A stretch of DNA of 62,836 nt, the filler included, from Octopus bimaculoides (Eukaryota), in assembly GCF_001194135.2 (NCBI RefSeq). It is 4 parts of 4 records of this genome, joined end to end, with 100 filler letters (N's around TTAATTAATTAA, not from the genome) between each part and the next. Parts side by side here need not be neighbours in the genome. Positions count along the whole stretch, not along the records: positions 45,522 to 62,836 come from NC_068986.1; 3 more parts are not named here. The stretch is one strand, 5' to 3'. Position numbers and translations under genes: made by a program. The notes beneath the pieces are model-generated. The model had not been told where the DNA came from. It saw only the letters and a program-made list of their open reading frames with translations, and searched no databases. Below, in pieces: positions 52,255 through 62,836 of this stretch. Each line of letters begins with the position of its first letter. Within the stretch, counting starts at the first letter, position 1.

Positions 52255-52325
52255 CAACTCAACAAGTGTAAGATGTCGGTTCCAAACCAAATATTTAAAT
52301 TTGAAACGTCATAAGAGTTAAAGCT
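52255..52325 (-). ncRNA. SECIS element candidate in the SELENOM 3'UTR
   Basis: Minus strand: aactctt-ATGA-C-GTTTCAAATT-tAAAtattt-GGTTTGGAAC-C-GA-C...gagtt. It has the AUGA/GA non-Watson-Crick quartet (core 52275-52312), a ~10-bp helix II, unpaired AAA in the apical loop and a possible helix I (aactc/gagtt). It lies ~750 nt after the stop codon. Confidence 0.75.
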
Positions 52326-53064
52326 GTTATGCATGACAGACAGTTTAGAAGTGACTCTAGACCTTTCACACAATCCACTTTCAACCAGTCTCAGACAAAC
52401 AGACAAGACAGATAACCAGAACAGAAATGACATTATTATACCATATATTACACAGAAAACAAAACTGGTTACAAGAATTAATGATTCGATTAGATTCGAC
52501 GATAAATAGCATCGTGGAGAATGGTGAAGAAAATGTCTCAACTTACTCAAACGAATAAGTTTAATTAACTAAACCTAATTAACGAGTAAAATATTTCTTA
52601 ATTGGTCATGGAACTCCACCAAATATTATCAGTTAAAAATCTATCTGAAGTCTTACAATACTAATCCTCTATTTATTTATAATTCCCCAAATCTCCAACA
52701 TAGAGATTAGAATGAAAATTTTCATTCTTTCTTATTCAATTTTAACGATTTCTAATCCAAAATTATTTGATTGGCCCCTTAACCTGAAAACTCTGCAACC
52801 TCCTCAAACTAAACTAAGTCTATTATAGACAAAGAACAGAAAATGTCCATATCCTTATAGGATCCTCTCATTATCTCTTAATAAAACAAACAGATAGAGG
52901 TGTCAGTTTGAAAGACAATACTAAACATTTGTGAATATGATAATAAATAGATTTGCTACACTAGTTGAAGAGAAACTATTTGAGTGAAAACCATTTCTGA
53001 GAGTGAAAAACACTGTCCAGATTGAGAGAGACACACACACACACACACACACATATAAACTAGA

Positions 53065-53166
53065 TTATAAATCAGCATGGCTAGCTTTACTATCCTTTTT
53101 GATGAATCCATTGGTTTCCATCAGTTTATTGCAGTCATACTGAGTTAAGTCACTGAGATTGATAGT
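53065..53166 (-). CDS. SELENOM: Selenoprotein M, last coding exon (TINLSDLTQYDCNKLMETNGFIKKDSKASHADL*)
   Basis: ttttttttctttccag|ACT ATC AAT ... GCT GAT TTA TAA, phase 0. It aligns with the SelM 'I-x-LS-x-xT-xxx-xN-xL-xxxx-GF' segment and ends in HADL, a KDEL-like ER-retention signal. Confidence 0.93.
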   Translation of the reverse strand, partial: TINLSDLTQYDCNKLMETNGFIKKDSKASHADL

Positions 53167-53504
53167 CTGGAAAGAAAAAAAAACTCATTAAAATACATGA
53201 AAGGCAAGATTGAATTTGAAAAAATTTAAATTTTCAAGAATGATTTACAACTCTTTAAACAATGATAATAATGATTCTTTCTACGATAGGCAGAAGGCCT
53301 GAGATTTTAGGGGTCTAGTTGATTATATTGACACCAATGCTCAGTTGGTACTTAATTCATTGACCCTCAAAGGATGGAAGACAAAAGTCAACCTCAGTAG
53401 CATTTGAACTCAGAATGTAAAGCTGGAAAAAAAGCTGCTGAACATGTTGTCTGGTATTCTAATGGTTCTGCCAATTTGCTGTTTTAGTAATAATTGCTAC
53501 AAAT

Positions 53505-53645
53505 TGGGCCTCATGGAGGTGAGGTGCCTGAGTTCCTTTCGAGTATTGGGCCTCACGGAGGTGAGGTGCCTGAGTTCCTTTCGAGTATTGGGCCTCACGG
53601 AGGTGAGGTGCCTGAGTTCCTTTCGAGTGTTGGGCCTCACGGAGG
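53505..53645 (+). repeat. 42-bp tandem repeat (~3.3 units) inside a family C copy
   Basis: Unit ttgggcctcacggaggtgaggtgcctgagttcctttcgagta. A more diverged array lies at 18130-18270 (-). Confidence 0.9.
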
Positions 53646-54884
53646 CAATGACCAAGACCTTTGGCATTATGTTATGCTTAAGAAGACCCATCAACCCAAG
53701 CAAAATCACAGTTGTCGCAGATACTGGATACCGGTGTCACAGAAATGGCACCTATGCCAGTGGCATGTAAAAGCATCCATTACACTCTCGGAGTGGTTGG
53801 CATTAGGAAGGGCATCCAGCTGTAGAAAACCACGCTAAATCAGACTGGNNNNNNNNNNCTCGGAGTGGTTGGCATTAGGAAGGGCATCCAGCTGTAGAAA
53901 ACCACGCTAAATCAGACTGGAGCCTGGTGCAGCCTTCCAGTGTGCCAGCCCAGTCAAACTGTCCACCCCATGCCAGTATGGACAACGGACATTAAATGAG
54001 GACGATGATGATGAATGGCACAAGGGCCAACAATTTTAATGGAAAGAGGGCAAGCCAATTATGTTGATCCCAGTGCATGGCAGGTACATTATTTTACTGA
54101 CCCTGTAAGGGCAAAAGACAAGGTTGGCCTAGGTGGGATTTGAACTCAGAATGCTGCTTAGCAATTTGTTGACACATGAATGACTCTGCCAGCCTGCTGT
54201 CTCGAATAGTTTCAAATTTGGAACAAGGCAGGCTGTCTTTAGTGAGAGGGTAGCTAGTTGATAACATTGAGCTAGCATTCGGCTAGCACTTTCTTTTATC
54301 AACCACGACAGGATGAAAAGCAAAGTTGAACTTGGCAGGATTTGAAACCAGAATGTAAAGAGCAGGAAGAAATATTCTTTTCTGCTCTAGGCACAAGGCC
54401 CGAAATTTTGGGGGAGGGGGCCAGTCGATTAGATCAACCACAGTACACAACTGGTACTTAATTTATCGACTCCAAAAGGATGAAAGGCGAAGTTGACCTC
54501 AGTGGAATTTGAACTCAGAACGTAAAGACAGACGAAATACCTGCTAAGCATTTCGCCTGGTGTGCTAACATTTCTACCAGCTCACTGCCTTTGAACTATT
54601 CTTCTCTGCTCTAGGTACAAGGCCTGAAATTTTTGGGGAAGGGCCAGTCAATTAGATTGACCCCAGTATGCAATTGGTACTTAATTTATTGACCTCAAAA
54701 GGATGAAAGGCAAAGTCAGTGCATTTCATCCAGTGTGCTAACGATTCTATAAGCTTACCGCCTTAATAATGATAATAATAATGATAATGATAATAATATC
54801 AACATATCATCATGAAAGAAAGAGAAAAGGTTGATAAGTATGGATATCTGAGAACTGAGATCCCTAAGATGTGGCAGCTACGAA

Positions 54885-55010
54885 AGTCAAAAGTTTGAAA
54901 TTTCCCCAAGACACCTGATGAAGACTGGAGGGTATATCAGCCGAAACTTTGTGTTAACAATAAACAAGATGAGGACAATTATCTGTCAAATGTAAATAAA
55001 GTAAATAAAA
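54885..55010 (+). mobile_element. Third Penelope-like terminal-repeat copy with a hammerhead-like core
   Basis: gaaatttccccaagacacCTGATGAagactggagggtatatcagccGAAActttgtgttaac matches 26996-27100. Confidence 0.75.
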
Positions 55011-55178
55011 ATAACTAGTAGTGTTGGCACTCTATTGTTGTTCTTGTTATTGCAATTAACTAATTAGTGACTGATGTGTAGAGAACCTCAAACTAAGCAA
55101 CATTATTGTTCACAAAATGTAATATAAAATTAAAAAGATAGTAAAAACAAACAAGAAGTATTCAAAGTAAAGTCTTAC

Positions 55179-55257
55179 CTCTATTGTACTATCATTGTCA
55201 TCAAGTAGATACAACTGTGGTTCTGCACCGGGCACTGCCTTGAAAACAACATCTTCA
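55179..55257 (-). CDS. SELENOM: Selenoprotein M, internal exon (/Y-EDVVFKAVPGAEPQLYLLDDNDSTIE)
   Basis: cttctttaacccatctcag|T GAA GAT GTT ... ATA GAG|gtaaga (79 nt). The phase-2 junction completes a TA|T Tyr codon with the previous exon. The peptide matches the SelM/Sep15 'KxxPGAxPxLxLLD' segment. Confidence 0.93.
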
Positions 55258-55356
55258 CTGAGATGGGTTAAAGAAGACAAGTTTTATTCTTCCGATAAGA
55301 AAATAACAATTCTGGCCTTCTACCATTTTACATAGAATAGAAGAATAAATATGGCA

Positions 55357-55740
55357 TGCACAGGCGGGGCTGTGTGGTAAGAAGTTTGCTTCTTAACCAT
55401 ATGGTTCTGGGTTCAGTCCCACTGCGTGGCACCTTGGACAAGTATCTTCTGCTATAGCCTCAGGCTGACCAAAGCCTTGTGAGTGGATATGCTAGATGGA
55501 AACTGAAAGAAGCCTGTTGTATAAGTGTGTGTGTGTGTGTCTTTGTGCCTGTGTTTGTCCTTCACTCCACTTAACAACAGGTGTTGGTGTGTTTACATCC
55601 TTGTAACTTAGCAGTTCGGCAAAAGGGCTGATAGAATAAGTACCAGGCTTTAAAAACTTAAGTACTGGGGTTGATTTGTTCAGCTAAAATTCTTCAAAGT
55701 GGTGCTCCAGCATGGCCACAGCTTAATGACTGAAAAAGGA
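55357..55740 (+). mobile_element. SINE family A, full-length, CpG-decayed copy
   Basis: Colinear with 44315-44742. Confidence 0.85.
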
Positions 55741-56521
55741 GATCAAGAGATCTAATATGGATCGGTGATAAGTTACAATTATGTTACTGTTTGGTCCCAA
55801 AGTTGGCCCTAAATGAGCAAACCTATGATCAGAGGCAGAGGTAGACTTATTCAGGATCTGGCTTAATAACACCATCTGTTAACTGGAGTACCTTTAAAGG
55901 AGTTCACTCAACCTGAAAATAGTGACCTTCCTCTCATCTTCCACCATCCTTGGATGCCCAGTTAACTGTCATCGGTACAAGCTCTCCCTAGACTAAAGAA
56001 AAGAAGAAAAAAACCCGGCCATGACTATCCCAAGCTCTTTTCAAGTAATGTGCCTTGAATAGCATGTCTTTTTTTTTTGTGATGTAGGATGCAACATGAG
56101 GGACATTACATTGTTCTTTTCAGCAAGTCTGTTTTCCAAGCTGGCATGGGTTAGACGGTATAAAAATACAGTTTTGTAAAATCAAGCGAATGTGAAGTAA
56201 ATGTTCCATTAGACTGTATTTCAGTCCCCTTCATATGATATTACAAGATATGGTATAGCTTCAAAAGATTTCTATGGAAGCTAATACCTGTCAAATATAA
56301 CTTCTGTTGTTTACTAAATGCAGTACAGATATTTTGCTGTGTTTAAGCTGGACATCTAGATATCCAACGAGAGAATTTGAATGCTGTTGATCTTCCTGAA
56401 AGAAATATCACAACTGTTTAAAATAAAGAAGTTTTGCATTAAACAATGTAGTACTAGATATGGAACAAGTCAAGATGGTCATAGCTGGAACATTTTGATC
56501 AATCACAGATCTGCTCAATTA

Positions 56522-56930
56522 CAGGGTGACCCCCCCCCCCCAAAAAAAAAACTAGATCCTACAAATCTTTGAATAAAACTGTTGATTTTAATTTTTCTTT
56601 TTTTCAGAGTATACAAGTCGACTTTGTGTATGAAAGATTGGAATAATAGTCTACCCCAACATGTCTTGGTCAGCCAAAGAAAAGACATTTTGCCTGGAGG
56701 CCTATTTCGCCAACAAACCGTACACTGCAGTGCAAGCAATAATGTTTATTGGGGTACATCCGTGTACCGGAGGAAGTGTTTCAGAGTTTGTTACACTCAA
56801 CAAAGTGCACAGCAAGGGTATCAATCTCTAAAGATGGCATCATCAGCCCATATTGGTTTGAAGACAAAAATGAAAGAGCTCAAATGGTGAATACGGAGTG
56901 CTATGTGGCAGTGCTGAGGAAGATTTTACT
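56522..56930 (+). mobile_element. Internally deleted Tc1/mariner element
   Basis: TA|CAGGGTGACC start, transposase N-terminus KEKTFCLEAYFANKPYTAVQA, and middle segment LHSTKCTARVSISKDGIISPYWFED...VNTECY. Confidence 0.75.
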
Positions 56931-57747
56931 TGACTCAACAGGTCCTCTCAAGCATATTATATTGCCCGACGCTTCAAGGGTACTATCAAAGGGGCCAATC
57001 ATGCAACACTGGCATCAGCCATGGCTGTGACCTCACTCTACTTGCCGGGTCTCCTCAATCACAGCATATCTCCAAAGGTCTTGGTCTCTTGCCATTGCCT
57101 CTGTGAGGCCCAATGTTCGATAGTCATGCTTCACCACTTCATCCTATGTCTTCCTGGGTTTACCTCTTCCACAGGTTCCTTCCATTGTTAGGGTGTGGCA
57201 CTTCCTCACACAACAGCTTTCATCCATACATAACACATAACCATACCAGTGTAGTCATCTCTCTTGCACACCACATTTGATGCTTCTTATGAATAGACCT
57301 GGTGTTAGAACTCAAGTAGAGCAGTTAGGCGCAATAAACTGTACTTGAGAAAACCCGTTGAGTCAAGTGAAGTCATTGTCATGGCCGATGCCAGTACTAC
57401 CTGTGCTGGTGGCACGTAAAACGCACCATTTGAGCATGGTCGATGCCAGTCTCACCGGACTGGCTCCCACGCTGCTGGCATATAAAATGCACCATACGAA
57501 TGCGGTCAATGCCAGTACCGCCTTACTGGCCCTCGTACTGCTGGCATAAAAAACACCCACTATACTCTCAGAGTGGTTGGCGTTAGGAAAGACATCCAGC
57601 TGTAGAAACCTTGCCAGATGTGATTGGAGCCTGGTGCAGCCTACTGGCTTGCCAATCCTCAGTCAAATTGTCCAACCCATGCCAGCATGGAAAGCAGACG
57701 TTAAATGATGATGATAATGAAAGGAATAAACAATTATGTTATGGACT

Positions 57748-57951
57748 CCATTAGCTTACAGCTATTTCTGCTATAAGATGTAAAGCACTCATAGTCGAGT
57801 GCTTGTGTATCACCCTATAGCTTCATTGGAGCTTCAAACATGAAGTGCACCCCCTATTTGAAGATCCAATGAAACTATAGGGTGATACTCAAGTATTCAA
57901 CTATGAGTGCTCTACACCTTTTGCAGAAACAGCTGTAAGTAATAGTAATGG
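57748..57951. mobile_element. Foldback MITE forming a long hairpin in the SELENOM intron
   Basis: Arms 57755-57838 and 57857-57939 are reverse complements (cttacagctatttctg...cttcaaa / tttgaag...cagaaacagctgtaag). Confidence 0.8.
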
Positions 57952-58012
57952 CAAGACTGCAAAACCTTTTTGACAAGTAAAAAGAAAGAGAGAGAGCTTG
58001 ATAAAAGGATAC

Positions 58013-58083
58013 TACAATGGAAGGTCTTCGTATATGAAGCGTTTGATTTCAGGAAGTTTATTCAATTGTCATCCAGTGCAACT
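58013..58083 (-). CDS. SELENOM: Selenoprotein M, internal exon carrying the Sec codon (SCTG-U-QLNKLPEIKRFIYEDLPL-Y/)
   Basis: Minus strand reads ttttcatttcag|AGT TGC ACT GGA TGA CAA TTG AAT AAA CTT CCT GAA ATC AAA CGC TTC ATA TAC GAA GAC CTT CCA TTG TA|gtatcc (71 nt). The TGA at 58069-58071 sits in a CxxU motif. The peptide matches the SelM family pattern CxxU-xLNxLxEVKxFxxxDxPxY (recalled). Confidence 0.93.
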
Positions 58084-58538
58084 CTGAAATGAAAATAACA
58101 AATAGAAGAGTGACATTTTGTGTGGAGAGAGAGGGGGGGGGAGAGTAAAGAATAGGAGGGGAAGAAGGAAGGACATAGGAGGAAAGGGTCAAGACAGGCA
58201 GTGAAAAGAGCAAGAGTAGAAGAAAAGACAGGGAGAGTGTGAAAGAAGGGGAGGGGCAAAGAGGAGAAAGCAAAGAGAAAACAATAATGGAAAATTTGCA
58301 ATGAAAAAATGTTACAAGCATCAATTTGAGGCAGAAAGGATAACAGTTCCCCTTGTCTTGTCAGTATTATGAGAGACCATTTTAAATTGGTGCTTATGAC
58401 TAACAGTATTTGAAGTTAAAAAATCACAGTTAATTCATTCAGTAAATGAAGAACTGCTGAATAGAATGTTTTAAAGAATTTTTTTGTTTTTTTATTACAG
58501 CTTTGTAATAAAACAATGTCAAAACCAGAGTGTGCACG

Positions 58539-58572
<34 letters not shown>

Positions 58573-59567
58573 GAGTGCTCATTAAATATTCTGTCTTTCT
58601 ACTGAAACAGTTGTGGACAAATAGAATAGCAGAGCTAAACACAGATTTCAGTAACAGCGACACGGATCAATGTTGTTAAATGTCAACAGAATTTCATTTG
58701 ATTCATCCATCATGCCACCAGGTGGTGTGAAATGCTACCACCAATTACAATATTCCATATTTGAACAAAGACAATTGTCGTTGCTCATTTTAATGAAGAA
58801 ATCAAGTTCAGATATGAACTAAGCTGCTGCTGCCAAGCTATTATATTTTAACCTCATCAATTATCTGCTCCTAGCTGACTACGTGCCGTCAATAATGACA
58901 GTTAATTGTAGTGTTTTATATATAAATAAAGTACAAAATAAGGTCCATAATAATCACACATACAACTATCCACATACTTCCCTTATACACGCACACACAT
59001 ACACACACACACACATACTCATACAGAGTTGCAACGCTGATTTTTTTCACCCCTTCCTTTCTCTCATTGCTATTACTTTCTCTCACCCCCTCTCAGTCAG
59101 GGCTATTACTCTCACTACTTCTCCTTCACTGAATTACTATTTACTCTCCTCCTTCGCATCTGGCATGATTTTGGACACACGCACACACGCACACACAGAC
59201 GCGCACACGCATACGCGCACACGCACACACACACACACACACACACATTGCTCATTATTATATTAGGAGATTATTCCCTCTGCCATGAAACTCATTTCCT
59301 CTTAACTCAAGCAGTTTAAATAATAATGCTTTTTCTAAGCAAGCCAACACTTAACTTCTATGTTTTAATTACTTTTGTTCTTTCACAAAAGTTTCTTTGT
59401 ATTGTAACAACTACTTTATCTGGTGACTGGTATTTTCTGTATCCTACTCTCCACAAATTGTGGCAACAACCTAGGCAAGAACTACCCTTGATCCAAGCTT
59501 CTTCCTTGCAGAGACAAACCCCTTATTTCCTAGCACCTTCAGACTGATAGCTCCCATAGTAACTTAA

Positions 59568-59790
59568 CCCTTTAATATTAAGATTATTATCTTAAATGTA
59601 ATGTTTCTTTATTATTATTATTATTTTGAATTAATCATGCATCACCTTGTAGTTTCGCGATTTGGATGACCTGCTTCTTTAGTTTTAGAATGGCATTGTA
59701 GGATAGATGTGATAGGCTGGATCTAGCCAGTTTCAACATGAAACAGGTTAAATATTTTAACCTGATATGGCTAGTTTGAATGCTTAAGGG
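59568..59790. mobile_element. piggyBac-type MITE (223 bp)
   Basis: TTAA|CCCTTTAATATT...AATGCTTAAGGG|TTAA: TTAA TSD and CCCTT termini. Confidence 0.8.
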
Positions 59791-60050
59791 TTAACTCACT
59801 CCTTACATGATGCAGTGGTATAGCATCTGATACAGAAAGGTTGACTGAAAAAATCCAACAGGGGAAGGTTAAGGGTTAATCATATGGACAAGTGGTCTCT
59901 GCACGTTGAATCTAAAGCAGTCTGTGAGACCAGAAACCCTGAATAAAAACAGAAGAGGACATTTAATATGCTGTCCTGTTGTGAGTAGGACAATTGATGC
60001 TCCCCATTCACACAATGGAATAAACTATACTTTGAAATGGCCCTACACCA

Positions 60051-60119
60051 GCACTACAAGCCCCTTACTGGAAGCACTACAAGCCCCTTACTGGAAGCAC
60101 TACAAGCCCCTTACTGGAA
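60051..60119 (+). repeat. 23-bp tandem repeat x3
   Basis: GCACTACAAGCCCCTTACTGGAA repeated three times exactly. Confidence 0.95.
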
Positions 60120-62554
60120 GCAACTGTTTTCAATATGATGAAGCAGACATCTCAAATTTAAACTTTGTAAAGTGGAAGAGAAAACTGGTATCAAACAGCA
60201 AAGGAAGAAATGGAAGCTGTGCCAAATAGACAAAGCTCTATAGTTTTGTTGGAGACAAATCTAGAGTGAGTGTCAGAGTAAAACGTACCCAGAGCACACT
60301 GTGAAAGGATTCAGGTTAGTAAGAGCATCCAAGTGTAAAAAAGTATGTCAAAAAGAAAAGGAATGAATGGGGGACAGAAAGACTTTGCATGTTGCAGGCA
60401 TACAGAATATGTGGGAGAAACAAGGACCAAGAATAAACACATTGATAAGACAGAGAGGGTTATTTTCTGTTGCTGCAGACATCCCATCTGCCATCTTGTC
60501 TGTAAGGGCTTCTGGTCTCAGAACTGCCTCTAAATAATAGAATCTTGATTATTTCCTCTAATCCTCAGTAGAATTCTCTCAAACTATCTTCCCATCTATG
60601 TTTAGCTACACCACAAACCACCAGCCTCTATGAGGTTGCTCAACTCACTAAAGATAACAGTCAAATCTTCAACAAATTCCATATTCTCATCTTAAAATTG
60701 GAAGGATGCATTTGAATAATGGAGTTTTAAATACATAATCAGGTCAGTTGTGAGTGAGCAAACCTCTGAGTAAAAGTATTCCCACCATGACCACTCCCAC
60801 TAAGCCAGAGATGGTTAATTGGGATTGCTTTTAGTTGTAGGTCTGCTCTCAACCACAGCTGACCTGATGCTAAATTACGACAGTCACATTAAAAAAAAAA
60901 AAAACTTGGTTAGATTCTAACACAGATGTTTAACATCTGTAAAAGTGAACTGAAAAATGACTTCTGTTTTAATGGAGGTCACCACAAAATACTGTTTACA
61001 AAGTGAAAATAAAAAAATCTCCAAGACAAAAAAACAACCCATTTTAATTGGTAAGATCAAGTGTTTAGACAAACAATACTTAACTGTTTCTAGTACTAAT
61101 CTATTTAAGAAACAAAAACAACACTAATTTGGTTTTGGCAGAACAGTATGTAAATCTTAATGAGCAGTTTGGCAATTCTACCAAATATTCTTTTACTGGT
61201 TTCAATTACTGGGTCAACTGTGACCATGCTGGGGAACAGTCTTAAAGGACCTTGGTCAATTATGCTGACCCCCCACCCCTAATACTTTAATTGGCACAAG
61301 ACAAAAAGACAAAGCTGCCCTTGGCATAAATCAGGTGATCCTCTGCCAATATTCACATGTCCAGCAAGCTTCTGCACATTGGTCAACCAAATTTCACTAA
61401 CACAGCTTTGGTTGACCTTGAGATAATGGTTGCAAGCACGGTATTAATTTTACTATTTCATCTGTCTCACAAGATGGGTGTAATAGCAAAAATTTACCCA
61501 AAAAAAGGGCACAGAATTGGAAGTAAAAAAATTCTTTCACAGACGGAAACAATTATCTGATTCCTTGTACTAATCCTTCTCCAAGAATTAGTGCACATAT
61601 GTGAGAGAGGGAGAGAGAGGGAGAGAGAGGGAGAGAGAGAGGGAGAGAGGGAGAGAGAGAGAGATGGTATTGTATATTTGGTTGCGAGTTAGTAAATGAA
61701 AAAAAGAATTGAGGTGAAGGCGTGATGGTGATGAGGTAGAGAATATGGATGGACCAGAAATGTAAGGCACAAGGTATGTGGATGAAGCTATTTTGAAAAA
61801 GGTGTATTTCAGTTTTGTCTTTCAACTTGTAGTTGTGTGGTGTATATTTCTGCTGTACAAAAGAAGTTATATTGGGTTAGTTTGCAGTAAGTAGGCGAGG
61901 AATGGTAGCAGTCCTCATCACATGGTTTCTGCCTTTCATTTAAATGACTATTTTCTTTCATTTCTCTGCAATTTCCTTTACAATTCTGTGCTATTTAATA
62001 TTACTACACAACCAGTACTTTTTACAGAGCAGCTTCCTTTCTTCTGTTGCCATTAAATATTAATATGAGAGATTTAAAGCAAATATTTATTTTATTGATG
62101 GAAACCGGCTTCTACTATTAGAAACTAGTTTAAACTACTTATGGCAGCCATCAAAAAAAAAAAGTTTAATTGTGAGTTAAATATGCCTCTATGCAGCCGT
62201 TTAATTTGCTAGAAATAGCAATCAAATTTCTCTTATATCAGATACAACTGCCTTGAACAAGGACAGGATAATCTCTTGGCTACATTATACCATGAAAAAG
62301 AAACAGGATTGCTATATCTGGAATGCTTTGGATCAAAGGTTTGCTCCATCAGGCCTAACTTGAGGTGAACACAGCAGCAGGAGTTTAAAAATACACTCTG
62401 TCTATGGGATGACTGTTAAGAGACCAATAAAGTTTTGTAAAATAATCCCAGGCAGAGCAGATATGTGTGCATGTATACACTATACACAATAATTTCATTA
62501 TTATTATTATTATATACAGTAATCCCTCGCCACATCTCAGTTTATCTATCTCTT

Positions 62555-62760
62555 TACTCTCTCTTTTACTCGTTTCAGCCATTTGACTGTGGCCATGCTG
62601 GAGCACCGCATTTAGCCGAGCAAATCGATCCCAGGACTTATTCCTTCCAAGCCTAGTACTTATTCTATCGGTCTCTTTTGTCGAACCGCTAAGTTATGGG
62701 GACGTAAACACACCACCATCGGTTGTCAAGCGATGGTAGGGGGACAAACATAGACACACA
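62555..62760 (-). mobile_element. SINE family A, 3' half
   Basis: Reverse complement of the family A 3' module. Confidence 0.85.
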
Positions 62761-62763
62761 AAC

Positions 62764-62812
<49 letters not shown>

Positions 62813-62836
62813 CCAACTTCAGGAAACCTGCCAGTC

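Noticed and set aside
53788-53919. 61-bp direct repeat
   Set aside because: Exact duplication either side of a 10-N gap indicates an unmerged contig overlap.
55883-55912. 21-nt minus-strand micro-exon containing TGA in a SELENOM intron
   Set aside because: It is not needed for the SelM alignment, does not fit the phase-2 junction between the flanking exons and lies in repeat-like sequence.
58439-58663. ORF beginning 'MSLLL' as SELENOM exon 1
   Set aside because: It starts at GTG directly after an in-frame stop, has no suitable donor and runs into (TG)n. The resemblance to the human N-terminus looks coincidental.
248-62656. Most ORFs in the supplied track ([12 protein letters not shown], poly-L/S/M/X)
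   Set aside because: They are translations of microsatellites or read through N runs; there is no coding evidence.

Overview
Repeat-rich, AT-rich animal genomic DNA. It is most likely a coleoid cephalopod (Octopus-like), inferred from recalled SINE families and microsatellite density. It has many N gaps, and three N-flanked TTAATTAATTAA six-frame-stop linkers (15736, 23873, 45466) split it into four pieces that may not be contiguous in the genome. The one confidently identified host gene is missing from the ORF track: a minus-strand selenoprotein M (SELENOM). Three coding exons are present (58013-58083, 55179-55257, 53065-53166), with an in-frame TGA in a C-T-G-U motif, a C-terminal HADL ER-retention signal, a SECIS-like hairpin in the 3'UTR and a poly(A) signal. 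Its first exon appears to lie beyond the right edge. There is also a textbook CCAAT/GATA/TATA/Inr promoter near 29.95 kb (minus strand) ahead of two small overlapping ORFs, plus a few weak exon candidates. The rest is mobile DNA: at least four SINE-like families; RTE LINE relics, one with three C-terminal C2H2 fingers interrupted by a TTAA MITE; R4/Dong and other RLE-LINE ends; Penelope-like repeats with hammerhead-ribozyme motifs; a Ginger-like foldback element carrying nested insertions; a full-length decayed hAT element; hAT, mariner and piggyBac MITEs or fragments; a Helitron-like element; and simple repeats. Almost all long ORFs in the supplied track are microsatellite or N-run artefacts. 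Repeat boundaries are approximate unless a TIR or TSD is quoted.
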